A stretch of DNA of 34,380 nt from Bdellovibrionia bacterium (GCA_044347055.1 JBIIXZ010000003.1:1-34380); one strand, 5' to 3'; shown: positions 1-9,775, counted from the stretch's first letter. Notes: generated by a model from the letters alone, not told the origin. Made by a program: numbers and translations.

Positions 1-2
1 TC

Positions 3-227
3 GAGCAGGAAAACGGACTTACGGACGAGGAAAAGGCCAACCTGAATCAGCTCGAGAAGCATCAGGAAAGCGCCTCGGAGCCCCAGCCGGAGCCGACGCC
101 CACTTCGGCGCCGGAAGCCTCGGAGCCGGAAGCCCCGAGTTCGGAAACAACGGACACGGAGCCCTCGGAGCCTTCCAGCGACGAGGAGCCGACGACGGAG
201 TCGACCGAAGAAGCCCCCGCATTCTGA
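3..227 (+). CDS. 3' end of a gene entering from the left; acidic Pro/Glu/Ser/Thr-rich low-complexity tail
   Basis: Open frame 3..227 reads EQENGLTDEEKANLNQLEKHQESASEPQPEPTPTSAPEASEPEAPSS...EEAPAF then TGA, 36 nt before dprA. Identity unknown (LysM proteins often precede dprA, but that cannot be shown here). Confidence 0.7.
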   Translation, partial: EQENGLTDEEKANLNQLEKHQESASEPQPEPTPTSAPEASEPEAPSSETTDTEPSEPSSDEEPTTESTEEAPAF

Positions 228-263
228 CCCATTTTGCGCACCGGTCTTGCAGCGTGGAGCTGA

Positions 264-1022
264 ATGCAGCTCCATCATCTCCGTCGATCTTCAGGAAGCT
301 TTCCCTGTCTGTGGCCCGTTCCTCGTCCGGAGCTTCAGGAGCTCTGGGTCCAGTCGCGCGACGAAAGCGCGCTCTCGCTTCTCGAGCACCTTCCGGAGCG
401 GGGCCTGGCGATCGTGGGCACCCGACGTCCGCTCGGGCGCTCCGAGTGGTTCACGCAGGAACTCGTGCGCGGGCTTCGCGGGTCGAAACTGATCATCCTC
501 TCGGGACTGGCACGCGGAATTGATCGAGTCGCCCATGAGTCGGCCATCGAGTCCGGAATTCCAACGATTGCCATCCTCGGTTCGGGCCATGAGCACGTCT
601 ATCCACCGGAATCACAGCCGCTGCGAGAGGCGATCCTCGACTCCGGGGGACTCGTGATTTCGGAGTTCGCTCCCTCCATGCATCCCGCCCGCCAGCATTT
701 CGTGCGAAGGAACCGCTGCATCGCCGCGTGGTCGCGCGCGACCTGCGTGATCGAAGCACCCGCAAAGTCGGGCTCGCTCCTCACGGCGGACTACGCCATG
801 GAACGGCATGCCACGGTTTTTTCGGTGCCGTCATTTCCGGGCGATCCGGCATTTGCAGGAAACCAGCGACTCATCGATGAACATGCGGCAATTCCGCTCT
901 GGGGATCGCATTCGCTCGGTGCCGTGTGGCTCGAACTCGCGACGATTCAACAGCCTCTCGCGCTGGGATTGAAAACGGACCAAAACGGACGGCACTTGAA
1001 AAATGATCGGGGTTCACTCTAG
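264..1022 (+). CDS. dprA: DNA-processing protein DprA/Smf (short, Rossmann-fold core only)
   Basis: Motifs AIVGTR, IILSGLARGID, AHESAI, VISEF, FVRRNRCIAA, VIEAPAKSGSLLTA; classic dprA-topA adjacency. Confidence 0.93.
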   Translation: MQLHHLRRSSGSFPCLWPVPRPELQELWVQSRDESALSLLEHLPERGLAIVGTRRPLGRSEWFTQELVRGLRGSKLIILSGLARGIDRVAHESAIESGIPTIAILGSGHEHVYPPESQPLREAILDSGGLVISEFAPSMHPARQHFVRRNRCIAAWSRATCVIEAPAKSGSLLTADYAMERHATVFSVPSFPGDPAFAGNQRLIDEHAAIPLWGSHSLGAVWLELATIQQPLALGLKTDQNGRHLKNDRGSL

Positions 1023-3689
1023 ATGAAGAGAATGGCTAAGACAGCGCTGGTCATCGTCGAGTCTCCGACAAAGGCCAAAACGATCCGAAAATTCCTTCCC
1101 AGGGCCTACACCGTCGAGGCCAGCATGGGCCACGTGCGTGATCTGCCGCAGTCTGCCGCGGACATTCCCGCCGCCCTGAAGGCGCAGGAATGGACCAAAA
1201 TCGGCGTGAACGTCGATCAGGACTTCGAACCGCTGTACGTCGTTCCGAAAACCAAGACCAAAGTCATCCAGGAGCTCAAGAAGAAGCTGAAGGATGCAGA
1301 AAGCGTCTACCTCGCGACTGACGAAGACCGCGAAGGAGAATCCATCGCGTGGCACCTCCTTCAGGTGCTGAAGCCCAAGGTTCCGGTCAAGCGCATGGTG
1401 TTCCATGAAATCACCAAGACCGCGATCGAGCGCGCGCTCCAGGAAGTGCGCGACGTCGATTCGAGGCTCGTGCGTGCGCAGGAAACCCGCCGCATTCTCG
1501 ACCGACTGGTCGGCTACACGCTGTCACCGCTCATCTGGAAGAAGATCGCCTTCGGACTATCGGCCGGACGAGTGCAGTCGGTGGCGCTTCGAGTGATCGT
1601 CGAGCGCGAACGCCAGCGCCTGAAGTTCGTGAAAGCCGACTACTGGGACCTCGAAGCCGAGCTCGCCAAGGGAGCCGAAGCCTTTCAGGCGAAGCTCTTC
1701 TCGGTCGATGGAAAGCGCATCGCGACCGGCAAGGACTTCGACGAAGACACGGGCAAGCTTCTCGCGGGCAAGGATGTGCAGCTGCTCGCGGAGGTCGACG
1801 CGCGCAAGCTTGTCGATTCGCTGAAGTCGACCCCATTCACGGTCCTCTCGGTCGAGGAAAAGCCCTCGACCTCGCGTCCCGCTCCTCCTTTTATTACATC
1901 GACCCTCCAGCAGGAGGCCAACCGCAAGCTCGGACTTTCTGCCAAGGAAGCGATGCGAACGGCCCAGTCACTGTACGAAGAAGGCTTCATCACCTACATG
2001 CGTACCGACTCGCCCAACCTCTCGCAGGAGGCGCTGAAGGCGGCTCGCGCATCGGTCGAGGAACTCTACGGCAAGGACTACCTCTCTCCGGAACCGCGCC
2101 AGTTCACTTCGAAGGCCCGCGGCGCGCAGGAAGCCCACGAAGCCATTCGTCCGGCTGGAGCTGAATTCCAGCATCCGAAGGACACCGGCCTCACCGGCGT
2201 CCACCTCGCGCTCTATGACATGATCTGGAAGCGAACGGTCGCCAGCCAGATGGCTGAAGCAAAGAAGCTGACGGTAACGGCGAAAATCGAAGCCGGACCA
2301 GCAGTCTTCACGGCATCGGGCACCCGAATCGTGTTTCCGGGATTCATTCGCGCCTACGTCGAGGGTGCTGACGATCCGGAAGCCGCGCTCGAAGATCGCG
2401 AAGTTCTTCTGCCGAACCTCCAGGCAAAAGATTTGCTGAAGCCGAAGTCCATCGAGGCGCTCCAGCACGAAACCAAGCCCCCCGCACGCTTCACCGAGGC
2501 GAGCCTGGTGCAGATGCTCGAAAAGGAAGGCATCGGCCGTCCCTCGACCTATGCTTCGATCATCGGCACGATCGTGGATCGAGGCTACGTCCGCAAGATC
2601 GGTTCGGCGCTCGTGCCGACCTTCACCGGATTTGCGGTCACTCAACTGCTCGAAAGGCACTTCCAGTCCCTGGTCGACACGGGCTTCACGGCGAAGATGG
2701 AAGAGTCGCTCGATGAAATCGCGGAAGGCAAGCTCGAGTACCTGCCGTACCTGCGTGATTTCTATCTCGGAAAAGCAGGCCTTCGTGAACGGGTCAAGAC
2801 CCAGGACAAGAACATCGATCCCGAGGAGTCGCGCACGGTGATGCTCCATCACCTCAAGGGCATCGACATCAAGGTGGGCAAGTTCGGTCCCTACATCATC
2901 AAGTCGAAGGGCGCGAAAAAGGCCGACGAGGTGCATGCCTCGATTCCGGAGGACATTGCTCCCGCCGATCTTTCGGTCGAGAACATCCACGAGATCATCG
3001 AAGCGTCGGAAAAAGGACCGCAGTCGCTCGGGAAGGATCCGGCAAGCGGACTGGATGTGTACTGCCTGACGGGCCGTTACGGAGCGTACGTGCAGCTCGG
3101 CGAAACTCCGCCGAAGCCTGAGAAGCCGGCTGCGAAGCCGAAGAAGTCGAAAAAGAAGGATGCCGAAACAGGCGACTCCGGCACTGATTCGAAGGCTGAT
3201 GCGAAGGCTGAGCCAAAGGCACCCGAGGTCCCGAAGCCTCGCCGCGCCTCGCTTCCGAAAGGAATCCATCCTCGTGACGTGACGATCCAGATGGCGCTCA
3301 AGTGGCTTTCGCTGCCGAAGGTTCTCGGGATCCACCCGACCTTGAAGCTTCCGATCACTGCGAATAATGGACGCTTCGGCCCGTACGTGGTCGTCGACAA
3401 CCAGTTCCGCTCGCTCAAGAAGACGGATGACGTCTACACGATCACTCTCGAGCGCGCGCTGGAACTCCTCGCCGAAGAGAAAAAGGGCCGCGCCGGAAGC
3501 ACGATCCTCAAGGAGCTCGGCAATCACCCCAAGGACAAGAAGCCCGTCCAGCTGCTCGAGGGCAAGTACGGCGTGTACGTGAAGCACGGCAAGATCAATG
3601 CGACGGTGCCGAAGGAAACGTCGCAGGACTCCGTCACTCTCGAGATGGCGCTCAAGCTCCTCGAAGAGCGCGCAGGACGGAAAAAGTAG
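1023..3689 (+). CDS. topA: DNA topoisomerase I (type IA) with C-terminal G(R/K)(F/Y)GxY repeats; start may be 1032
   Basis: LVIVESPTKAKTI, ATDEDREGESIAWHL, LSAGRVQS, catalytic ITYMRTD, AQEAHEAIRP, GIGRPSTYA; four C-terminal repeats (GKFGPY, GRYGAY, GRFGPY, GKYGVY) and no Cys zinc ribbons. Confidence 0.98.
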   Translation: MKRMAKTALVIVESPTKAKTIRKFLPRAYTVEASMGHVRDLPQSAADIPAALKAQEWTKIGVNVDQDFEPLYVVPKTKTKVIQELKKKLKDAESVYLATDEDREGESIAWHLLQVLKPKVPVKRMVFHEITKTAIERALQEVRDVDSRLVRAQETRRILDRLVGYTLSPLIWKKIAFGLSAGRVQSVALRVIVERERQRLKFVKADYWDLEAELAKGAEAFQAKLFSVDGKRIATGKDFDEDTGKLLAGKDVQLLAEVDARKLVDSLKSTPFTVLSVEEKPSTSRPAPPFITSTLQQEANRKLGLSAKEAMRTAQSLYEEGFITYMRTDSPNLSQEALKAARASVEELYGKDYLSPEPRQFTSKARGAQEAHEAIRPAGAEFQHPKDTGLTGVHLALYDMIWKRTVASQMAEAKKLTVTAKIEAGPAVFTASGTRIVFPGFIRAYVEGADDPEAALEDREVLLPNLQAKDLLKPKSIEALQHETKPPARFTEASLVQMLEKEGIGRPSTYASIIGTIVDRGYVRKIGSALVPTFTGFAVTQLLERHFQSLVDTGFTAKMEESLDEIAEGKLEYLPYLRDFYLGKAGLRERVKTQDKNIDPEESRTVMLHHLKGIDIKVGKFGPYIIKSKGAKKADEVHASIPEDIAPADLSVENIHEIIEASEKGPQSLGKDPASGLDVYCLTGRYGAYVQLGETPPKPEKPAAKPKKSKKKDAETGDSGTDSKADAKAEPKAPEVPKPRRASLPKGIHPRDVTIQMALKWLSLPKVLGIHPTLKLPITANNGRFGPYVVVDNQFRSLKKTDDVYTITLERALELLAEEKKGRAGSTILKELGNHPKDKKPVQLLEGKYGVYVKHGKINATVPKETSQDSVTLEMALKLLEERAGRKK

Positions 3690-3747
3690 GCCCTCCTCCT
3701 GCTGAACAGCCCTTGATGATCCTGCACTGAGCTGCCACGATTTCGGC

Positions 3748-4854
3748 ATGGCTCACGGACGATTCAGTCGCACTCTCGGCGCGGTCACGGTTTCCATTGC
3801 GTTACTCGTCTTTTCGGCTGCGAACACCCACGCACGCACGACCCCCAGGTCGCCGGAGGCTCGCGCGCTCTACCAGAAGCTCGAACGCGTCCGCGGCAGG
3901 GCCGCTCTCTTCGGCCACCAAAACGCAACGTGGGAAGGCAGCTTCGGCTGGCAGGGGTCGCAGCCTCCGGGCACCTACCTTTCCGATGTGTTGTTCGTCA
4001 GCGGTGACTACCCCGCGCTCTACGGCTGGGATCTCCTCGATATTTCCGACGACCTTCGTCGCCACATCGTCGCGGCCCACGAACGCGGTGGAGTGAACAC
4101 CATCAGCTGGCACATGCCGAACCCCGTGACCGGCGGACCGTACACCGATACGACTCCTGCACTCGCGACGATTCTTCCTGGTGGCGAGGACCACTCTGCC
4201 TTCGTGGCGCTCCTCGATCGCGCCGCCGACTTTATGGATTCGCTCCGCGATTCGCAGGGCCGGCGCATTCCGATTATTTTTCGGCCGTTCCATGAGCACA
4301 ACGGCTACTGGTTCTGGTGGGGACTCCAGCACGGAACAGCCGCGGACTTTGCAGCCGTGTTTCGTTTCACGGTCGACTACCTTGTCGAAGTGCGCGGGCT
4401 CGATTCGCTGATCATCGCCTACTCACCGGATGCGACTCCGGTCTGGCAGCCGTTCCTGCCGTTCGTCGGCTACCCCGGCGATGATGTCGTCGATATTGTC
4501 GGTCTCGACATGTACGGCGATGTGGGCCGCGACACGCTGGGTCTCATCAACGCGCCCGTGGTGCGTGCGAAGATGGCGGAAATCACGAGCTTCGCTCGTG
4601 CCCGTGGCAAGCTTGCCGCCCTCACCGAGACCGGCTTCGAGGGCATTCCGGATCCTCAGTGGTGGACGAAGCTCCTTCTGCAGACGCTCGATCCTTCCGA
4701 GCTGAGTTACGTCATGGTCTGGCGCAATGCGCACGAGAATGCGTCGCACTACTACGCTCCGAAGCCCGGCCACGCTTCCGTTCCGGATTTCCTGCTGATG
4801 AAGGCGAGCGGAAGGTACTGGTTCAATCGCGACTTTGCAGGAGCAACGCCTTGA
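3748..4854 (+). CDS. Secreted glycoside hydrolase family 26 (beta-mannanase-like)
   Basis: Signal peptide (…AANTHA); GH26 motifs GDYPALYGWD, TISWHMPNP, FRPFHEHNGYWFWWG (acid/base Glu), YPGDDVVDIVGLDMY, AALTETG (nucleophile Glu), YVMVWRN. Confidence 0.92.
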   Translation: MAHGRFSRTLGAVTVSIALLVFSAANTHARTTPRSPEARALYQKLERVRGRAALFGHQNATWEGSFGWQGSQPPGTYLSDVLFVSGDYPALYGWDLLDISDDLRRHIVAAHERGGVNTISWHMPNPVTGGPYTDTTPALATILPGGEDHSAFVALLDRAADFMDSLRDSQGRRIPIIFRPFHEHNGYWFWWGLQHGTAADFAAVFRFTVDYLVEVRGLDSLIIAYSPDATPVWQPFLPFVGYPGDDVVDIVGLDMYGDVGRDTLGLINAPVVRAKMAEITSFARARGKLAALTETGFEGIPDPQWWTKLLLQTLDPSELSYVMVWRNAHENASHYYAPKPGHASVPDFLLMKASGRYWFNRDFAGATP

Positions 4855-5348
4855 TCGCCCGTTTGCTGTCCGCGGCACTGTTCCTCACCGCTCCTGCAGC
4901 GCTCGCTGCGAGGACGGACCTTCCCCTGGCTGCGAGCCTGGAAGTCATGGGAAGAAGCATCGTCTACGGCGTGCAGGTGGATCGCGCGCTCAACGAACGT
5001 TGGGCCGTCGGACTCGGATTCTCGCGGGTAAACGTCCAGTCCTCGCCCGACCGGCCCGACGCCGCTGCACTCCTGTTTCCATTGCATGCGAACTATTACC
5101 TGTCTGACGAGCCGGTGTCATGGTTCACCACTGCAGGACTGACTCCGTTCACGAATTCGGAAAACGTCGAGCAGCGCGAGGCGATCCTCGGCACGCTGCG
5201 ATTTTCATCCCTGCCGATCCTGCTGACGGCGGGAGCCGGCATCGAGCTTCGCCAGCAGGAGGGGTTTCTGTTTCGGCTCCAGGGGCTCATCACGCGAGGG
5301 GCATCGACCTCGCTGTCGACCGGGTTCCACCTCGGCTACTGCTTTTAG
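4851..5348 (+). CDS. Small outer-membrane beta-barrel-like hypothetical protein
   Basis: TTG start overlapping the GH26 stop (TTGA); signal-like N-terminus LIARLLSAALFLTAPAALAA; alternating beta-strand pattern; C-terminal GFHLGYCF beta-signal-like end. Confidence 0.65.
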   Translation: MIARLLSAALFLTAPAALAARTDLPLAASLEVMGRSIVYGVQVDRALNERWAVGLGFSRVNVQSSPDRPDAAALLFPLHANYYLSDEPVSWFTTAGLTPFTNSENVEQREAILGTLRFSSLPILLTAGAGIELRQQEGFLFRLQGLITRGASTSLSTGFHLGYCF

Positions 5349-5359
5349 CGGCACGAGGC

Positions 5360-6661
5360 CTAGAACCGCAGGATCAGCTGGCCATTGCCGCCTTCCCACG
5401 CGCGTGGAGTGCCGTACTCGTCGAGATCGCCATTGGCTTGGAGACGGAGGACCGCCTGGTCGCCGAAGACGAAGTCATACCCCACGCTGAGCCGATGTTC
5501 CGTCACGTCTGAAATTTCTGATTCAGCGAAAAGCGCCCGTGTTCCGTCGCTTTCGTGCAGCGTCTGGATGATGCCGATGCTCCAGCGATCCCGGCGGGTG
5601 CCCGATCGAAATCCGGGCAGACTCAGCGACACGAGCGGAAGGAGATCGCGATAGCGCGCATTTCCAAGCTCGGTCTGCCACCAGCGAAGCGCCGTCATGG
5701 CCCCCACTCCGAGCTCCCAGTCGCCACGGGGCCCCAGCCCTGAGAACGTGGCGCGCAGATGGCTGATGAATCGCCGCGTCCTCCAGTCTCGAGGAGTCAC
5801 CGGGCTCGTTCCCGATGATGGCTCGCGGGTTTCGCGCTTGTCATCGAACTGTGCGCGGCCGCTCAGGCGCACGTCAGGGCCGAGGCGCCTGCTGAAGAAT
5901 ACCGATCCGAAGGCCTTCCGAAAACCATGGATGAGCTCATCCTGCGGAAAGAGCCAGCGAGTCCTCGTGTCGAAGCGCAGGGCGTATTGCAGGAAGTCCT
6001 GCGATCCGGACTCGATGCTCGCCCAGAGCCTTCCGACAAGGCCGCGCGAATACGGAAGGTCGGGCTCGATGAACGTGTCCGGACGATCGTTTCGCTTGAG
6101 GCGCGTGACGTCGACGAAGGTATTGAAGAAACGAATCTCGTGCCGAGGGGCGGGGCGCCAGGTCAGCGCCAGTCCGGTATCATTCCTCCGCTTGGAAAAA
6201 TCCGGATCTCCGTAGGCACTCAGGCCGATCTTCGGAAACGGCCAGTACACGAACTCGAGCACATGGTGGACGGACTTCTTCTCAAAGTCGCGGTCGTCGA
6301 GAAAAAGAAAACGAAACTCGAACTTTTCACTCAGAGGAGCGTGGATCTTGAGGCGCGTATCCATCAGGAACTGCGTGGCGTTCAGGCTGCCGATGCTCAG
6401 ATCCAGCAGTCGCGGCCGCGAGATCCAGTCGTACTGCCAGGTCTCCGGCTTCATGTAGGAAAAGACGTCCGACTGATACTCCGAGCTCAGCAGGTCCGGA
6501 CCCTCGAACCGGTCCGGCTCTTCTTCAAAGAGACTTTCGAATTCGGGAACATCCTCACGCGCGTGAACCGGCGCAAGCAACGCGCTCGAACACGAGAGCA
6601 GAAACAGGCTGGCGAAAAGGAATGACGGCAGCTTCGAGGAAACGTCTCGGAAGCCGTTCAT
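5360..6661 (-). CDS. Hypothetical exported protein, probable outer-membrane beta-barrel
   Basis: ATG at 6661 directly after the upstream stop; signal peptide ending APVHA; aromatic-rich beta-strands; terminal Phe (GQLILRF). Confidence 0.7.
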   Translation of the reverse strand: MNGFRDVSSKLPSFLFASLFLLSCSSALLAPVHAREDVPEFESLFEEEPDRFEGPDLLSSEYQSDVFSYMKPETWQYDWISRPRLLDLSIGSLNATQFLMDTRLKIHAPLSEKFEFRFLFLDDRDFEKKSVHHVLEFVYWPFPKIGLSAYGDPDFSKRRNDTGLALTWRPAPRHEIRFFNTFVDVTRLKRNDRPDTFIEPDLPYSRGLVGRLWASIESGSQDFLQYALRFDTRTRWLFPQDELIHGFRKAFGSVFFSRRLGPDVRLSGRAQFDDKRETREPSSGTSPVTPRDWRTRRFISHLRATFSGLGPRGDWELGVGAMTALRWWQTELGNARYRDLLPLVSLSLPGFRSGTRRDRWSIGIIQTLHESDGTRALFAESEISDVTEHRLSVGYDFVFGDQAVLRLQANGDLDEYGTPRAWEGGNGQLILRF

Positions 6662-6662
6662 C

Positions 6663-7106
6663 TCATTCCTGCCGGCGATAAACGGCCTGGGCTCGGTAGA
6701 TCGAGCTGCCGTCACGGGTGATGTCGAGATCCTCGATGAGATCTCCGTTGGAGCTCAGGCTCCAGCGGGCGTGGGTGCCGATTCGGACATTCTGTCGAAG
6801 GTAGTGCTCCTCCAGATGGACGTTCAGCCCACCCTCTCTCCAGTCGCTCCACTCGACGGCGTCCACGCCTTCTCCCCGCCCCAGCGGGCGCCGAGCACCA
6901 TCCGGAATCAGGTCGCGCTTCACGCGCGTCCCCTCGCCCGGGTCCATTTCCAGCTTCACCAGGCCGCATCCCTGCTGCGACAGGATGAGCAGGGTGCTCG
7001 CACCGTCACCTTCCCAGCGATAAGCGCCACTGATCGATGGGCAGTCCATGGCCGGGGCCGCGACAGGACCCAGAAGCAGGAGAACGATCAAGAACAGAAA
7101 CTTCAT
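6663..7106 (-). CDS. Hypothetical secreted protein (small beta-rich, two Cys)
   Basis: MKFLFLIVLLLLGPVAAPA signal peptide; CPSISGAY...QQGC; co-oriented with ddl and the next gene. Confidence 0.75.
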   Translation of the reverse strand: MKFLFLIVLLLLGPVAAPAMDCPSISGAYRWEGDGASTLLILSQQGCGLVKLEMDPGEGTRVKRDLIPDGARRPLGRGEGVDAVEWSDWREGGLNVHLEEHYLRQNVRIGTHARWSLSSNGDLIEDLDITRDGSSIYRAQAVYRRQE

Positions 7107-7150
7107 CCACTGCCTGCTACGTCAGTTCGGGAATTCCGGCAAGAGTACGG

Positions 7151-8281
7151 CTATTTTTCGCGCTTGAGCGCGAGCTTCCGACGATGGCGTTCCAGCGCCA
7201 GATCGACGAGCTCGGAGAGGAGCTTGGCATAGGGCAGGCCCGAGGCCTCCCACATCTTCGGATACATGCTGATCGAAGTGAAACCCGGAATCGTGTTCAC
7301 CTCGTTGAAGTAGAACTGGCCGGTGACCTTATCGAGGAAGAAATCCACGCGCGACATGCCCTCGCATTCGAGCGCCTCGAAGACCTTCACGGCAATCTGC
7401 TGGACGGTGGCCAGCTGCTCCGGAGAAATCCGGGCTGGAATCAGGAGTGCGGCACCGTCCTCATCGAGGTACTTGGCCTCATACGAGTAGAACTCGTGCG
7501 ACGGAATGATCTCGGCGGCAACACTCACGCGCGCCGGCTCGCCGTGCTCGCGACTCTCGAGCGCCGACACTTCGATCTCGCGCGCGGCGATTGCCTTCTC
7601 GACGAGCACCTTGGTGTCATACTGAAACGCATCGTTCATGGCGGCATCGAAATCCGCCTCGGTCTTCACCTTGTGCACGCCGACGCTCGAGCCCATGTTC
7701 ACGGGCTTCACGAAGCACGGAAAGCCGAGTTCCTTCTTCACCTGCGCGCGGATCTCCGAGGCTCCCTTCTGCCAACGACCGGCACGAGCGAGGACGAATG
7801 GCACAATCGGAATGCCCGCATCGCGGGCCACCCGCTTGGCCATGTCCTTGTCCATGCCGACGGACGAAGCGAGCACGCCGCAGCCCACGTAGGCGACTTC
7901 GGCCAGCTCTAGGATTCCCTGGATCGTGCCGTCCTCGCAAAGTGGACCATGAAGCACAGGAAATACGGCCTCTGCTGTGGCGGCAACGGATCCATCCTTC
8001 AGGCTGACGAAGACGGCCTTGCCCTTTCCACGGGTGGGATCCGGGGGAAGGACCACAGGAAGCGCCGCAGCAGGAATGCTCAGTGTGGAGCCCTGGGCCT
8101 CTTTTTCGGCGAAATCGCGGTCAACCAAGTGCCACTGCCCCTGCTTGTCGATGGCAATCGGGACGATCTCAAACCGAGACCTGTCCAGATTGCGGATGAC
8201 GGAAGCGGCCGACCGAAGCGAGATTTCATGCTCGCCGGATCGACCCCCATACAGGACGGCAACTCGGATTTTCTGGCTCAT
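7151..8281 (-). CDS. ddl: D-alanine--D-alanine ligase (DdlA-type)
   Basis: [82 protein letters not shown]. Confidence 0.97.
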   Translation of the reverse strand: MSQKIRVAVLYGGRSGEHEISLRSAASVIRNLDRSRFEIVPIAIDKQGQWHLVDRDFAEKEAQGSTLSIPAAALPVVLPPDPTRGKGKAVFVSLKDGSVAATAEAVFPVLHGPLCEDGTIQGILELAEVAYVGCGVLASSVGMDKDMAKRVARDAGIPIVPFVLARAGRWQKGASEIRAQVKKELGFPCFVKPVNMGSSVGVHKVKTEADFDAAMNDAFQYDTKVLVEKAIAAREIEVSALESREHGEPARVSVAAEIIPSHEFYSYEAKYLDEDGAALLIPARISPEQLATVQQIAVKVFEALECEGMSRVDFFLDKVTGQFYFNEVNTIPGFTSISMYPKMWEASGLPYAKLLSELVDLALERHRRKLALKREK

Positions 8282-8309
8282 CGGAAAAAAGCGTAACCGA
8301 GCAACATCC

Positions 8310-8338
8310 TTGATTCACTCAAAAAAGCGCACTAAGGT
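8310..8338 (+). promoter_or_regulatory. Putative sigma-70 promoter of the glutamate dehydrogenase gene
   Basis: TTGATT (8310-8315), 17-nt spacer, TAAGGT (8333-8338); SD-like AGAGGAGA at 8358-8365 before ATG 8376. Confidence 0.5.
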
Positions 8339-8375
8339 CCGTGCCTACGCAATAAAAAGAGGAGACAGACACATC

Positions 8376-9683
8376 ATGTCCAACAACCACCATGAAGTTC
8401 CCGGCGCCGACATCTGGTCCGCGAGCGACCTGTACCGCAATGCGGTCCAGCAGCTCCACGAAGCTGCTGGCGTGATGAATCTCGACCCGAACGTCGCCGC
8501 GCGCCTGAGCGTGCCGAAGCGCGCTCTCGTGGTCAGCGTGCCGATCCGACTGGATAACGGCAACATCAAGGTTTTCGAAGGCTATCGCGTCCAGCACAAC
8601 ATGACCCTCGGGCCTGGCAAGGGCGGCATCCGCTTCCATCCGGAAGTAACGCTCTCCGAGACCGCCGGCCTCGCCATGCTCATGACCTTCAAGTGCTCGC
8701 TCGTCGGACTCCCACTCGGCGGCGCCAAGGGCGGCATCCGCGTGAATCCGTCGGAGCTTTCGCGCCAGGAGCACCAGGCGCTGATGCGTCGCTACACGAC
8801 CGAGATCAACATGATCATCGGTCCGGACAAGGACATTCCGGCTCCGGACGTCGGCACCGACGGCCAGCACATGGCCTGGATGATGGACACGTTCTCGCAG
8901 GAACGCGGCTTCGCGATTCCGGGCGTGGTGACGGGCAAGCCGGTGGAAATCGGCGGCTCTCTCGGCCGCGCGGAATCCACGGGCCGTGGCGTGGTCTACA
9001 CGACCGTGCACGCAAAGAAGTACCTCGCTGACAAGGGACGCGGCTCGGCCCGCATCGACTCGTCGACGACGGTTGCGGTCCACGGCTTCGGCAAGGTCGG
9101 CGCAGTCGCCGCTCTCGAAATCCATGCTCTCGGTGCCAAGGTCGTGGCCATCGGCGATTACGCCGGCGGCCTCTACAACAAGAACGGCCTGAACGTTCCG
9201 GAAGTGTACGCCTATTTCCAGAAGAACAGGACCCTGGTCGGCTATCCGGAAGCGGAAGCGATCAAGGCCGAGGACGTGCTCACGCTCGACGTCGAGATCC
9301 TCATGCCGTGCGCGATCGACGGCGTGATCACCGACAAGAACGTTCACGGCGTGAAGGCCAAGATCATCTCCGAAGGCGCCAACGGCCCCTGCACGACGAG
9401 CGCAATGAAGGTGCTCGAAGAGAAGGGCTCCTTCATCATCCCCGACGTGCTTTGCAACGCCGGCGGCGTGATCGTGTCGTACTTCGAGTGGGTCCAGGGC
9501 CTGCAGAACTTCTTCTGGAGCGAAAAGGAAGTGAACGCCAAGCTGGCTGAAGTCATGGAGAACGCCTTCAAGAAGGTCGTCACCATCCGTGACCAGCACG
9601 ACTGCGGCATGAAGACGGCGGCGCTGATCGCCGGCGTCGATCGCCTCGACAAGGCCATGCGCCTGCGCGGCCTCTTCCCGTAA
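8376..9683 (+). CDS. gdhA: Glu/Leu/Phe/Val dehydrogenase (glutamate dehydrogenase)
   Basis: [72 protein letters not shown]; start re-called at ATG 8376 behind an SD. Confidence 0.95.
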   Translation: MSNNHHEVPGADIWSASDLYRNAVQQLHEAAGVMNLDPNVAARLSVPKRALVVSVPIRLDNGNIKVFEGYRVQHNMTLGPGKGGIRFHPEVTLSETAGLAMLMTFKCSLVGLPLGGAKGGIRVNPSELSRQEHQALMRRYTTEINMIIGPDKDIPAPDVGTDGQHMAWMMDTFSQERGFAIPGVVTGKPVEIGGSLGRAESTGRGVVYTTVHAKKYLADKGRGSARIDSSTTVAVHGFGKVGAVAALEIHALGAKVVAIGDYAGGLYNKNGLNVPEVYAYFQKNRTLVGYPEAEAIKAEDVLTLDVEILMPCAIDGVITDKNVHGVKAKIISEGANGPCTTSAMKVLEEKGSFIIPDVLCNAGGVIVSYFEWVQGLQNFFWSEKEVNAKLAEVMENAFKKVVTIRDQHDCGMKTAALIAGVDRLDKAMRLRGLFP

Positions 9684-9687
9684 AAAT

Positions 9688-9722
9688 GGTCGGGCCCACC
9701 TTTTGGTTCAGGGCTGCGTCAT
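9688..9722 (+). repeat. 35-bp dispersed REP-like repeat, copy 1
   Basis: ggtcgggcccaccttttggttcagggctgcgtcat; 32/35 identical to the reverse complement of 31207-31241, first 24 nt identical. Confidence 0.85.
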
Positions 9723-9730
9723 AAAGAAAG

Positions 9731-9769
9731 AAACGCCTCGGGTGGAAACACCCGGGGCGTTTTTGTTTT
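9731..9769 (+). terminator. Rho-independent terminator after gdhA (possibly bidirectional)
   Basis: aaacgcctcgggtg-GAAA-cacccggggcgttt stem-loop followed by ttgtttt; A-rich on the 5' side. Confidence 0.88.
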
Positions 9770-9775
9770 GAGGCA

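Noticed and set aside
972-990. Short direct repeat aaaacggac x2 near the dprA 3' end
   Set aside because: Only two 9-bp units inside a coding tail; no further copies or spacers, so not a CRISPR or a supportable operator.
1968-3749. 593-aa minus-strand ORF
   Set aside because: Antisense shadow of topA caused by GC-rich codon bias; no recognisable motifs.
7977-8375. 133-aa N-terminal extension of gdhA in the ORF track
   Set aside because: Overlaps ddl on the opposite strand; promoter and SD point to ATG 8376.
8319-9599. 426-aa minus-strand ORF
   Set aside because: Antisense shadow of gdhA.
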